Shown piece by piece: positions 1 through 7,177 of a stretch of 10,762 nt of DNA; the stretch's first letter is position 1, and the number at the start of each line of letters is the position of its first letter. A program made the position numbers and the translations under genes. The notes under the pieces are model-generated. The model saw only the letters and a program-made list of their open reading frames with translations. It was not told where the DNA came from and searched no databases. The stretch is from a virus (lineage: Duplodnaviria > Heunggongvirae > Uroviricota > Caudoviricetes), in IMG/VR virus record IMGVR_UViG_3300024344_000001; one strand, written 5' to 3'.

Positions 1-2
1 GC

Positions 3-260
3 AGTTTGTTTACATGGACAGGTAGGACTATGTGTTACTCCAAACCTCTCTGACCATTGGAAGATTATGTATTCATGGTTATCATGAGTAACAGTATCAA
101 TGTAATACTGATTCCCAACAGTAGTCTCTACCTTTGGTAAGGTAGATGTCCTATTTGCCTGCAAGAAAACAGGAACAAGTAAAACGGTTAGAATAAAGAC
201 AATAGCAACCATTACTAATATCTCAGTAATGGTTATACCACGGCGTTTTGGTGTTGTCAT
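3..260 (-). CDS. Prepilin-like (type IV pilin/pseudopilin N-terminal motif) membrane protein, 3'-truncated by window edge
   Basis: Not in ORF track. ATG at 260 overlaps the upstream TGA (ATGA); 86 open codons to the edge: MTTPKRRG|ITITEILVMVAIVFILTVLLVPVFLQANRTSTLPKVETTVGNQYYIDTVTHDNHEYIIFQWSERFGVTHSPTCPCKQT. Basic leader, Gly(-1), Glu(+5), about 20 hydrophobic residues. Confidence 0.75.
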   Translation of the reverse strand, partial: MTTPKRRGITITEILVMVAIVFILTVLLVPVFLQANRTSTLPKVETTVGNQYYIDTVTHDNHEYIIFQWSERFGVTHSPTCPCKQT

Positions 261-784
261 TTCACTCTCACGATCTTACATGCGTCTCGCCATAAGTTAG
301 AACAAAGGGGAGACCTTACCTTTGGACCCATGTATAGGAATGAGAATCCGGCATCAGAAGACTTACTGGTTAAGTCACCAACAACACACAAACCATCCTC
401 ACACACTTCTTGTACTATGTACTTACCACGACTTGTGGTATATTGATTCTCACCGTCACTATTTCTGTAGTACGGACCTGACCCTCCGACGACGCGGATA
501 CGGGTGCCTTTGGTAAGACTCTCCCAGTCCGTAATCTGGTTAGGCAGGACTCTATCAGTATGGGTCTTGATCTTAAACTTGTAATCGCAGCTAGGGCACT
601 CACGAGTACGTACACCTAAAATAGATTCACAGCCGGGGCATGTCTTCTTACCACGACCGTGATTACTTCTCTTAGGCTGAACTACACGCTTCTCAAACTT
701 GTGGTGACAATGAGGACAGCGATGGGAACGCGGACCAGTTGTACCACTACATTCAGGGCATGTTTTTTGTCCACGTTTACCCAT
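257..784 (-). CDS. Tandem double zinc-ribbon protein (175 aa)
   Basis: Likely start MGKRGQK at 784, just after the upstream TGA. Two repeats, GQKTCPECSGTTGPRSHRCPHCHHKF and GKKTCPGCESILGVRTRECPSCDYKF, give four CxxC motifs. Confidence 0.8.
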   Translation of the reverse strand: MGKRGQKTCPECSGTTGPRSHRCPHCHHKFEKRVVQPKRSNHGRGKKTCPGCESILGVRTRECPSCDYKFKIKTHTDRVLPNQITDWESLTKGTRIRVVGGSGPYYRNSDGENQYTTSRGKYIVQEVCEDGLCVVGDLTSKSSDAGFSFLYMGPKVRSPLCSNLWRDACKIVRVK

Positions 785-785
785 A

Positions 786-1142
786 TCAATACTCCAAACC
801 TTCCTTAGAAGCAAGTGTCCGCAAGCGTTCTGGCCACTCTTCTGGAAGAGAGCAGTCATGTATATCCTGTAGGTCACTACAGAAGTTTACCATATCGTTC
901 AAATGAGCTTCAACACCACAATCAACATAATCAAAAATTGGAATCGCATCCCTTACGGACTCCTCATGGATATGATTACCCTCAATTGAAGGTGAGTATC
1001 TGTCATCTGGAATTAAGCATCCAACAGCACACTTTGTGCCATAATTAGCACGATAGCTGCACACACCAGTCTCATCGAGACACTGCTTGTTCTGAGTGAG
1101 TAAATGATTTTTGACAGTAGTAAAGATCTCTTGTTTGTTCAT
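786..1142 (-). CDS. Conserved phage hypothetical protein (118 aa)
   Basis: MNKQEIFTTVKNHLLTQ...CSYR...KCAVGCLIPDDRY resembles a recurrent phage hypothetical pattern (recalled); ATGA coupling to the HD gene. Confidence 0.8.
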   Translation of the reverse strand: MNKQEIFTTVKNHLLTQNKQCLDETGVCSYRANYGTKCAVGCLIPDDRYSPSIEGNHIHEESVRDAIPIFDYVDCGVEAHLNDMVNFCSDLQDIHDCSLPEEWPERLRTLASKEGLEY

Positions 1143-1711
1143 GATTCTCTCTTGTTGATAGGTTCGTTCCTGGCGAGTTTCGCCTGCATCACAGTATCAT
1201 ATCCGGCTTCGATGCTTTTGTCAAGCTGATTCTCCAAGAATCCATCGATTCCGCGAAGAACTCCCGCTAACTTCACACTTTCGTCTAAGTAAGTATGAAG
1301 AAAATCAGGATCGCCGTCCATTTCAGACAGGTTATCAATTCTATCTGCCAGCTTAATCAGCTTACCAGCCGCACTAATCCTGGAGATACGGTTGAACTCA
1401 GCAGCCTTACGTTCCGCCCTATTCATATTAGGGTACTCGGACTTTTCGTACTGGTTCGTTACCTCCAAAACATATTCTGCAACCGGTACACCAAACGAAT
1501 CCACAAGATCCGGGTATGTAACATCAGTATCCTCAATCGTATCATGTAGAACTCCCGCAATAATAAGGTCATCAAAGTCTGGGTATCTATCCATAATACG
1601 GAAAGCTACCCTTACTGGATGGGCAATGTAAGGAACGCCGGAATACTTCCTAAGCTGATCCTTATGATGTAGGTTAGCGAACGTGATCGCCCTTAGCATT
1701 GTATCGTTCAT
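1139..1711 (-). CDS. HD-domain RelA/SpoT-type hydrolase (small alarmone hydrolase, Mesh1-like)
   Basis: Motifs AITFANLHHKDQLRK, PYIAHP, LHDTIEDT (HDxxED) and KLADRIDN match RSH hydrolase domains; there is no synthetase domain. Confidence 0.9.
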   Translation of the reverse strand: MNDTMLRAITFANLHHKDQLRKYSGVPYIAHPVRVAFRIMDRYPDFDDLIIAGVLHDTIEDTDVTYPDLVDSFGVPVAEYVLEVTNQYEKSEYPNMNRAERKAAEFNRISRISAAGKLIKLADRIDNLSEMDGDPDFLHTYLDESVKLAGVLRGIDGFLENQLDKSIEAGYDTVMQAKLARNEPINKRES

Positions 1712-1719
1712 AATGGTTT

Positions 1720-1812
1720 TTAATGTGTTGGTTGATAATACACATACATGCTCTTAATAGTCATGATAACTTGACCATATGGTGCAGAACTAATAGGTTG
1801 CCACTGATTCAT
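1720..1812 (-). CDS. 30-aa ORF, possible truncated remnant of a WQPIxxAP (DUF551-like) phage protein
   Basis: Not in ORF track. MNQWQPISSAPYGQVIMTIKSMYVYYQPTH*; ATG overlaps the upstream TGA; fills the 1712-1808 gap. Confidence 0.55.
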   Translation of the reverse strand: MNQWQPISSAPYGQVIMTIKSMYVYYQPTH

Positions 1813-2066
1813 CCGAGTCTACCAATCTTAGAAAGATCAATTCCATGAATAAACAGTAGACGACTTACAGCCGTTCCATAACATGACTCTTTGTATTCTG
1901 TCTGGTTCTTACGATACTCTTCCCACTGACAGATGAACCCAATTCTATCATGGAGATTATCAAGGTATAGGGCGTTTTGAATAGCCTTCTCAATAGTCTT
2001 GATTTCTGCTAGTGGTTGAATGTGTTTGTGATGATCCTCACACATACCCTCTGTCATGTCCAGCAT
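1809..2066 (-). CDS. Hypothetical protein (85 aa)
   Basis: Fits the operon packing, 1 nt after the upstream TAA. Confidence 0.7.
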   Translation of the reverse strand: MLDMTEGMCEDHHKHIQPLAEIKTIEKAIQNALYLDNLHDRIGFICQWEEYRKNQTEYKESCYGTAVSRLLFIHGIDLSKIGRLG

Positions 2067-2067
2067 G

Positions 2068-2283
2068 TTAGTCTCCGTAAATAGATTGACCTTGTTTTTG
2101 TGCCGCTGACTCCAGAGCCTTCTCTAACTCCGGTGAGATATGTTCGTACCTATCCGGTTCCTTCCACTCAGGAGGGCCATTACGAGCACTATCAAACAGT
2201 GAGGATAGAATGATAAACCCGACTGTGCATATAAACGCCCAGTACAGGAACTTACCTAAAGGATCTGGTTTTTGACTAGACAC
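2068..2283 (-). CDS. Small single-TM membrane protein (71 aa)
   Basis: GTG at 2283 with GGAGG 6 nt upstream is a better start than 2316; hydrophobic segment FLYWAFICTVGFIILSSLF. Confidence 0.7.
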   Translation of the reverse strand: MSSQKPDPLGKFLYWAFICTVGFIILSSLFDSARNGPPEWKEPDRYEHISPELEKALESAAQKQGQSIYGD

Positions 2284-2653
2284 TCTGTTCCTCCAATGAC
2301 TTAACTGCCGCAGCAATCAACTCAGGGTAAGTAGGATAAGTACCAGACCATGCCTGATAGTCCCACTCCTGCTTCGCAGTAGCAACAGTAATGGACTTAT
2401 CATCGTAATCAAACCAAATCTTCATCATGCGACCAAAAACGTAGTCGCCGTGAATTTCATTAGGGCGACTGTGAGACGGCCCTGGATAGTCACCAGCATT
2501 AGCAACATTATTCCAAATGTCTTCCTTGCTGGCTCCACCATTGTCCTGAAAGGCACCCATACCCATAGGACCACCGCAGGCATTCCATGCAAGCCACAAT
2601 GCTTCCTTAATTACTTCTTGTGGGTTATCAACTTCAATAGTTACTCGTGACAT
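2276..2653 (-). CDS. Hypothetical phage protein (125 aa)
   Basis: AAGGA SD; GMG and DYVFGRMMK motifs resemble a recurrent viral hypothetical pattern (recalled). Confidence 0.8.
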   Translation of the reverse strand: MSRVTIEVDNPQEVIKEALWLAWNACGGPMGMGAFQDNGGASKEDIWNNVANAGDYPGPSHSRPNEIHGDYVFGRMMKIWFDYDDKSITVATAKQEWDYQAWSGTYPTYPELIAAAVKSLEEQSV

Positions 2654-2682
2654 TTCATTTCCTTTACTTAATACGGGTTAGG

Positions 2683-3330
2683 TTAGCACCCACACCTATA
2701 ACCAGAGTTATCTCTATGTTTAGTAGAGAAGTAACGACCAGTAAACAGAGAAATATCTGTCCAGAATTCTCTGAGATCTCTCTCAAAGTCAACATCGCCG
2801 TATATCTCAGTACCGAAAAACAAAGTCTCTCCACTCACGGCCTGGTCAATAAGTCTACTTGGAGTAGCATAATACTCTTCAGCAAACTTACGTATACGTT
2901 CCAGTGCCGCTCTCTGAGTCTCAGTCAGACTATCAGCGGTCCAACCTCCATCAATGTCAACCTGAGAGCAACAACTCCACGCATTAGGATCAATGATATC
3001 ATCAATGTCCTTTACGGGCTTAGTTACTGGTTCCGGCTCACAAATATGATCCAGGTCTGGATGCTGCCACTGATGACGCATACCTGTAACTGTGTTAGGA
3101 AACAGGAATACCCAGAACTTCTCACCAACGTATACTGGACAGTCTAAGAATGGATCTACGATACCAACGTTATCAGAATATCCATCACTAGCAGTGCCAT
3201 CTTCATTGATGCGAACAGCAGTACCTGGCTCCATATTATCATCAGCAATACAAGGGAATACAGCTACATGAATAGCATCACGCATTACCTCTATGTCATC
3301 AGGAATCTTTTGTCCTAGTTTCGGTTCCAT
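2683..3330 (-). CDS. Hypothetical protein, paralog B (RDAIHVAV/GIVDPFL family)
   Basis: 215 aa; shares RDAIHVAV, VGIVDPFL, KFWxFLFPxTVTGMRHxWxHP, AWxCC and terminal CxC with 3340..4023. Confidence 0.85.
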   Translation of the reverse strand: MEPKLGQKIPDDIEVMRDAIHVAVFPCIADDNMEPGTAVRINEDGTASDGYSDNVGIVDPFLDCPVYVGEKFWVFLFPNTVTGMRHQWQHPDLDHICEPEPVTKPVKDIDDIIDPNAWSCCSQVDIDGGWTADSLTETQRAALERIRKFAEEYYATPSRLIDQAVSGETLFFGTEIYGDVDFERDLREFWTDISLFTGRYFSTKHRDNSGYRCGC

Positions 3331-3339
3331 AACAATCTC

Positions 3340-4023
3340 CTAACAGGAACAACTCCAACCCATACCTAAACGGTGGTCGTCGTCGTATTTTTCACCCGTA
3401 TACGTTTCCAGGTGCTTCCAGAATAGATTATGATCTTCACCTAAGTCACCACTATTATGTAGGTCGTGACCGTTAGCAACGATATATCTATCCCAACTTT
3501 CTCGATTATCACCAGACTTTGTAGCCTGTGCGATAAGTTCAGTCAAATCAAAGTTCCATCGGTCGCAGAAGTCCTGTAGCCAACGATAACTTTCTTCAGC
3601 TTCATCCTGCTGCCAATGATCTTCATCATAAACCTCACCAGCACAACACGCCCATGCTTCTTGGTACTCATACTCTCTGTCATTGAAAGCAGGAATACTA
3701 TCAGTTCTTTCCTTGAAAGCAGGGTGCATCCAGTGATGACGCATACCAGTCACAGTACCTGGAAATAAAAAACCCCAGAACTTCTGACCCTTCTCTACTC
3801 TCCAGTAAGTTACTTCACTAGCATTTAGAAATGGGTCTACAATACCAACGGCGTTGCCATAATTGCCGTTATATGCTGTATACTGATCTGTACTACCTAG
3901 GCGGAATGCACTACCAATAGATAGATCCTCACCCGCAGTCATAGGTACAACAGCAACATGGATAGCGTCACGATTTACATCGTCGCCTTCCCCAATTAGG
4001 TGTCCAAGATTAGGTTCAGACAT
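3340..4023 (-). CDS. Hypothetical protein, paralog A (RDAIHVAV/GIVDPFL family)
   Basis: 227 aa; same motifs as the neighbouring paralog. Confidence 0.85.
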   Translation of the reverse strand: MSEPNLGHLIGEGDDVNRDAIHVAVVPMTAGEDLSIGSAFRLGSTDQYTAYNGNYGNAVGIVDPFLNASEVTYWRVEKGQKFWGFLFPGTVTGMRHHWMHPAFKERTDSIPAFNDREYEYQEAWACCAGEVYDEDHWQQDEAEESYRWLQDFCDRWNFDLTELIAQATKSGDNRESWDRYIVANGHDLHNSGDLGEDHNLFWKHLETYTGEKYDDDHRLGMGWSCSC

Positions 4024-4267
4024 TTTTTACTTCCTTCAATGCTTCACTTAGAAAGTTACCATCTACCAACCATTGACCATCAATGTCTTCACATTCGTTA
4101 GCAATAGTAGCCAACAGGTGATTGTAATCGCCGCTCATAGCATCTGCCAGGATATCATCAATGTACTTCTTATCGAAACCCTGACGGCGAGCAGCAGTAG
4201 AAAACGCCCCCATAATAGAGAAAGCGTTACCATCAAGACCTACTAGCGTGAGTTTAACCTTGTCCAT
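4016..4267 (-). CDS. Conserved phage hypothetical protein (GxDGNAF...SGDYxHLL)
   Basis: LTLVGLDGNAFSIMGAF...AARRQG...AMSGDYNHLL resembles a widespread phage family of unknown function (recalled). Confidence 0.85.
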   Translation of the reverse strand: MDKVKLTLVGLDGNAFSIMGAFSTAARRQGFDKKYIDDILADAMSGDYNHLLATIANECEDIDGQWLVDGNFLSEALKEVKNV

Positions 4268-4269
4268 TA

Positions 4270-4842
4270 CTACCCCTTAGCGTAAGAATTCCATATTTCC
4301 AGATCCAACTCAGCAGGATCTCTACCCATGTCTCTTGAGAGACCTAAGAACTTCTGTTCCAATTCAACATAACGGCGACTTGAGCCAGGAGTCTGCTTAG
4401 GGGCATTTATACCCTTATACCTCAACCATTTCAGTATATGTACGTCTAACACAGCAATTTGTGCATTAGGACGTGAGTGCATGATAAAGAAACGGCTAGT
4501 CTTAAACCCAACGCCGTGTATTTGCTCTAATTGACTGATAGAACAGTGTTCTAAGTTAATTCCAGACCATGCCGCCGACAAGAAAGCCTTAGCACGCTGG
4601 TTGTAACACCCAAAACCCAACCACTTCAGTACAGTAGTCAGTTTCTTATTGTCCATCTGTCGTAGTCTATGGAATAGGGTAGGTCCATCATATTCGGACA
4701 CCAGCCACTCTTCAAACAACCACAACTGATTAGCAATAGTCTTACTGTTCTTACCGGCTACTGATATACTAAACAGGAGAAACCTTTGTAGGTCGTCTGT
4801 AGAGCGTTCAAAATCGGTAATCTTACTGGGATCAATCTTCAC
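4270..4842 (-). CDS. Helix-hairpin-helix DNA glycosylase/AP lyase-like protein (Ogg-type)
   Basis: HhH motif LEQIHGVGFKTSRFF with Lys, then IAVLDVHILKWL with Asp, as in archaeal/bacterial Ogg enzymes; GTG start with AAGGA SD right after a promoter. Confidence 0.8.
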   Translation of the reverse strand: MKIDPSKITDFERSTDDLQRFLLFSISVAGKNSKTIANQLWLFEEWLVSEYDGPTLFHRLRQMDNKKLTTVLKWLGFGCYNQRAKAFLSAAWSGINLEHCSISQLEQIHGVGFKTSRFFIMHSRPNAQIAVLDVHILKWLRYKGINAPKQTPGSSRRYVELEQKFLGLSRDMGRDPAELDLEIWNSYAKG

Positions 4843-4872
4843 GGCGTATCCTTTTCGTTTGAGTATGCCACC

Positions 4873-4900
4873 ATGATACTCGGCTCGCCGCGAATGTCAA
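4873..4900 (-). promoter_or_regulatory. Sigma70-like promoter
   Basis: TTGACA(4900-4895)-16 bp-TATCAT(4878-4873) in the intergenic gap upstream of the glycosylase gene. Confidence 0.7.
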
Positions 4901-4946
4901 GCGGATTTCGGCCAATTAGATCAATTTTTCTGGATCAAAGTCCTCA

Positions 4947-5168
4947 TTAGATTTTCTCCTGTGCTGCATCAATTAAATCGTTAATGGAATCAATACAAAC
5001 CTCAACAACGTGTGCTGAGTGTTGCATGATAGGATCTCTTTCCTTACCGTATTCCTCAATTAACTCTTGAAACTCAGTACGAAGACCGATAAGAGATTGA
5101 CGAGCCATAGTAACGCCGTCAATCACCCCACGCCGCCAATGAGGATTAAGTTCTAGTTCTTCCGTCAT
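4947..5168 (-). CDS. Hypothetical protein (73 aa)
   Basis: Likely start MTEELEL at 5168, ATGA overlap with the upstream stop. Confidence 0.7.
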   Translation of the reverse strand: MTEELELNPHWRRGVIDGVTMARQSLIGLRTEFQELIEEYGKERDPIMQHSAHVVEVCIDSINDLIDAAQEKI

Positions 5169-5347
5169 GAGAAGAAACCTCCCCAATAAAGAAGACCTAA
5201 CCAAAATACGGTCTTAACCATCCATATACCAAAATTTTGTGCATGTGTATTATCTAACGTTCCGTCTGAATTAGCGGAAGTAACACCTGCTCGTACACCA
5301 AATACACAGGCGATTAGAACAAGTAGTATAATTTGTGGTAAACCCAT
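5165..5347 (-). CDS. Small two-TM membrane protein (60 aa)
   Basis: Likely start MGLPQ at 5347 (TGATATG junction); two hydrophobic segments. Confidence 0.7.
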   Translation of the reverse strand: MGLPQIILLVLIACVFGVRAGVTSANSDGTLDNTHAQNFGIWMVKTVFWLGLLYWGGFFS

Positions 5348-5348
5348 A

Positions 5349-5558
5349 TCAATCATAACTTTCTATCAAAGGTTCATTCTTCCACTGCCAGTTACCAGTA
5401 GTAGTATTGTATTCAGCCTGATTTCTCCGTATTAGTTCCGTTTGCCAGGTTTCCTCAGTAAAGTGATGGGATATACCCATACCCAAGATTGCTCCTAGCA
5501 TAAAACATAAGAACAAACCAAATCCAACAGCAGCACCAGCAGTCTTATCGTCATACAT
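5349..5558 (-). CDS. Small N-terminally anchored membrane protein (69 aa)
   Basis: AGAAVGFGLFLCFMLGAILGMGI hydrophobic helix followed by a polar tail. Confidence 0.75.
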   Translation of the reverse strand: MYDDKTAGAAVGFGLFLCFMLGAILGMGISHHFTEETWQTELIRRNQAEYNTTTGNWQWKNEPLIESYD

Positions 5559-5578
5559 AACTAAACCCTTCTTCCTTG

Positions 5579-5938
5579 TTATGGGGTTTTCTGACCATGA
5601 CCGAGTAGAAGTTTCTCAGTCGCCGTAAGTTTTTTAAGGGCCTTAGCCTTAACCTTTTCTTCACCTACAATTCGTTCTTCTGTACGAAAGTAGTTCTTAT
5701 TCCTGGAAGCCGCCAAGACATTATCTCGATCTTCTTCACTCCAACTAGCATATACTTCGTTGGTTGGTTCTTTGCCATCAACGCCGTTTTGAACTATTAA
5801 GTAAACTATCTTCTTCATGTTAGTATCCTTCTGGTGGGTTGTAGGAATAGATTGTTGAGGGTTCCTAGCCCGCTGTGCCCACTCCTGAGCAAGACGTTTA
5901 TTCTCTTCTCTAGCTCGACGGTATGGATTGAACGCCAT
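5579..5938 (-). CDS. Hypothetical protein (119 aa; alternative internal start at 5818, 79 aa)
   Basis: AGGAG 6 nt before ATG 5938; AAGGA 7 nt before ATG 5818. Confidence 0.65.
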   Translation of the reverse strand: MAFNPYRRAREENKRLAQEWAQRARNPQQSIPTTHQKDTNMKKIVYLIVQNGVDGKEPTNEVYASWSEEDRDNVLAASRNKNYFRTEERIVGEEKVKAKALKKLTATEKLLLGHGQKTP

Positions 5939-6164
5939 CATCTTCTCCTAACACATAGGTGCTATACACATGAGAAATACAGTATATGATACGATCACTA
6001 TCCCTGTAAAAACAGTCGTACTTAGTACCGCTAATAGCATTAGCTATGTCAGGGCATATGTCATACAGGTTGTTGAATAGGTGTTGTCCTACTCTGTACT
6101 GACTTGGTCTGGTATGAATGCAGTCTAACCACTGTGTGAATTCACTCGTAGTCATCGTCTTCAT
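5910..6164 (-). CDS. Conserved phage hypothetical protein (RxGQxLFN...DxFY)
   Basis: YRVGQHLFNNL...PDIANAISGTKYDCFYRD resembles a recurrent phage pattern (recalled); start could be 6155. Confidence 0.75.
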   Translation of the reverse strand: MKTMTTSEFTQWLDCIHTRPSQYRVGQHLFNNLYDICPDIANAISGTKYDCFYRDSDRIIYCISHVYSTYVLGEDDGVQSIPSS

Positions 6165-6258
6165 ATTCCTCTAATTCTTCTGTGTAGTAGTCACCTTGAG
6201 GGATTACATTACCGAAGTCGGAAGCATTGTTGCTTACAGAATTGATAAACTCTAGCAA
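6142..6258 (-). CDS. Small acidic protein (38 aa)
   Basis: Not in ORF track. TTG start overlapping the upstream stop; MLEFINSVSNNASDFGNVIPQGDYYTEELEEYEDDDYE*; fills an 87-nt gap; weak SD. Confidence 0.5.
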   Translation of the reverse strand: MLEFINSVSNNASDFGNVIPQGDYYTEELEEYEDDDYE

Positions 6259-6500
6259 TCTAACTCAGTAACATAAGTAGACAGGCACCCAGCTTCATCC
6301 AAAACCTTATCGAATGCTTCCTGGAGCCACTCATAACCCTCTGTAGGTTCATCACCGTACTCAATATGAGAATTATACCCCTCTGGGTAATTATGCGTAT
6401 GAAACATAGCTTTCTCAACCTCCCCGTAGTCCTTACCAGACTTAACGGAGACTTCTTGAATCAGGTCGCCAACGTAGCACATTCTGTCAATACTGAGCAT
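6252..6500 (-). CDS. Acidic hypothetical protein (82 aa)
   Basis: Co-oriented ORF, GGTGG upstream of ATG. Confidence 0.7.
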   Translation of the reverse strand: MLSIDRMCYVGDLIQEVSVKSGKDYGEVEKAMFHTHNYPEGYNSHIEYGDEPTEGYEWLQEAFDKVLDEAGCLSTYVTELDC

Positions 6501-6577
6501 TAGTCCACCGTTTCTGTTTGTAGTTTTCGCATCGCCGTTTTCTTTCTTAAAAGTGGGTTTTCTACCTTTTCCTATCT

Positions 6578-6763
6578 TTACTCGTCCTCATTTGTGGGAT
6601 CTATACCCATTTCCTGTTCCCACTCATAGTTCATATCTGCGTATTCACTCTCTATGTCTATAACGTCCCCAACTACGGGTTGGGTGGTCAATACCACGTA
6701 TGCTAAGATAAGGGCATCAGCGACTAGGAAACACAGTAAAAACACTGATAAGTAGGTGAGCAT
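6578..6763 (-). CDS. Single-TM protein with acidic tail (61 aa)
   Basis: Hydrophobic N-terminal 25 aa, then a D/E-rich tail. Confidence 0.7.
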   Translation of the reverse strand: MLTYLSVFLLCFLVADALILAYVVLTTQPVVGDVIDIESEYADMNYEWEQEMGIDPTNEDE

Positions 6764-6883
6764 CTAACATCCCCAAAGTAGGAGCATAATGAGTACAGTA
6801 ACACACACCAATACAACATAAAACTCAATACTATATAGGAGAGAGGGGACAGGGGAGGGATTTTTGCGGTTTGGATTTTTCAA
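6764..6883 (-). CDS. Small membrane peptide (39 aa; start uncertain)
   Basis: AAGGGGG 9 nt before TTG 6883; MKNPNRKNPSPVPSLLYSIEFYVVLVCVTVLIMLLLWGC*; its TAG abuts the next ATG. Confidence 0.45.
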   Translation of the reverse strand: MKNPNRKNPSPVPSLLYSIEFYVVLVCVTVLIMLLLWGC

Positions 6884-6975
6884 GGTCGTGGTCCCCCTTT
6901 GACGATAAAGCAGCAAAAACACTACTAAAATCGCCCTCCAGAGTTTCAAAATGAGTCAAATCGGTCCAGTTATGA

Positions 6976-7050
6976 GTGAGTGTAGGGGCTTATGAGACAA
7001 GTTTTGCCACTTATCAAGTGCAGATTGTGCCTCGATTTCACCCCTCTCAC
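6976..7050 (-). ncRNA. Candidate structured leader or small RNA (nested long hairpin at predicted transcription start)
   Basis: Nested pairs GUGAG/CUCAC, AGGGG/CCCCU, GAG-ACAA/UUGU-CUC and CACUU-GAU-AAGUG, beginning just after the -10 box. Confidence 0.35.
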
Positions 7051-7053
7051 TAC

Positions 7054-7082
7054 ATTATATCACCCAAATGGGCGAATGTCAA
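7054..7082 (-). promoter_or_regulatory. Perfect-consensus sigma70 promoter
   Basis: TTGACA(7082-7077)-17 bp-TATAAT(7059-7054), with A/T tracts upstream. Confidence 0.9.
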
Positions 7083-7177
7083 CCATTTTCGACCCAAAAT
7101 ATCAAAATTATCACTCCCGGAAAGTCAAAAAACCCAGCGTTTTCGGCGTTTTGGTCTGTTTTCCCGCCTAGGGAGTA

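Noticed and set aside
415-615. 66-aa minus-strand ORF
   Set aside because: Alternative frame inside the zinc-ribbon gene.
6501-6577. Tiny ORFs MRTSKDRKR and MRKLQTETVD
   Set aside because: 9-10 aa with weak SDs; indistinguishable from chance.
7107-7128. Second TTGACT upstream of the 7082 promoter
   Set aside because: No acceptable -10 at 16-18 bp.
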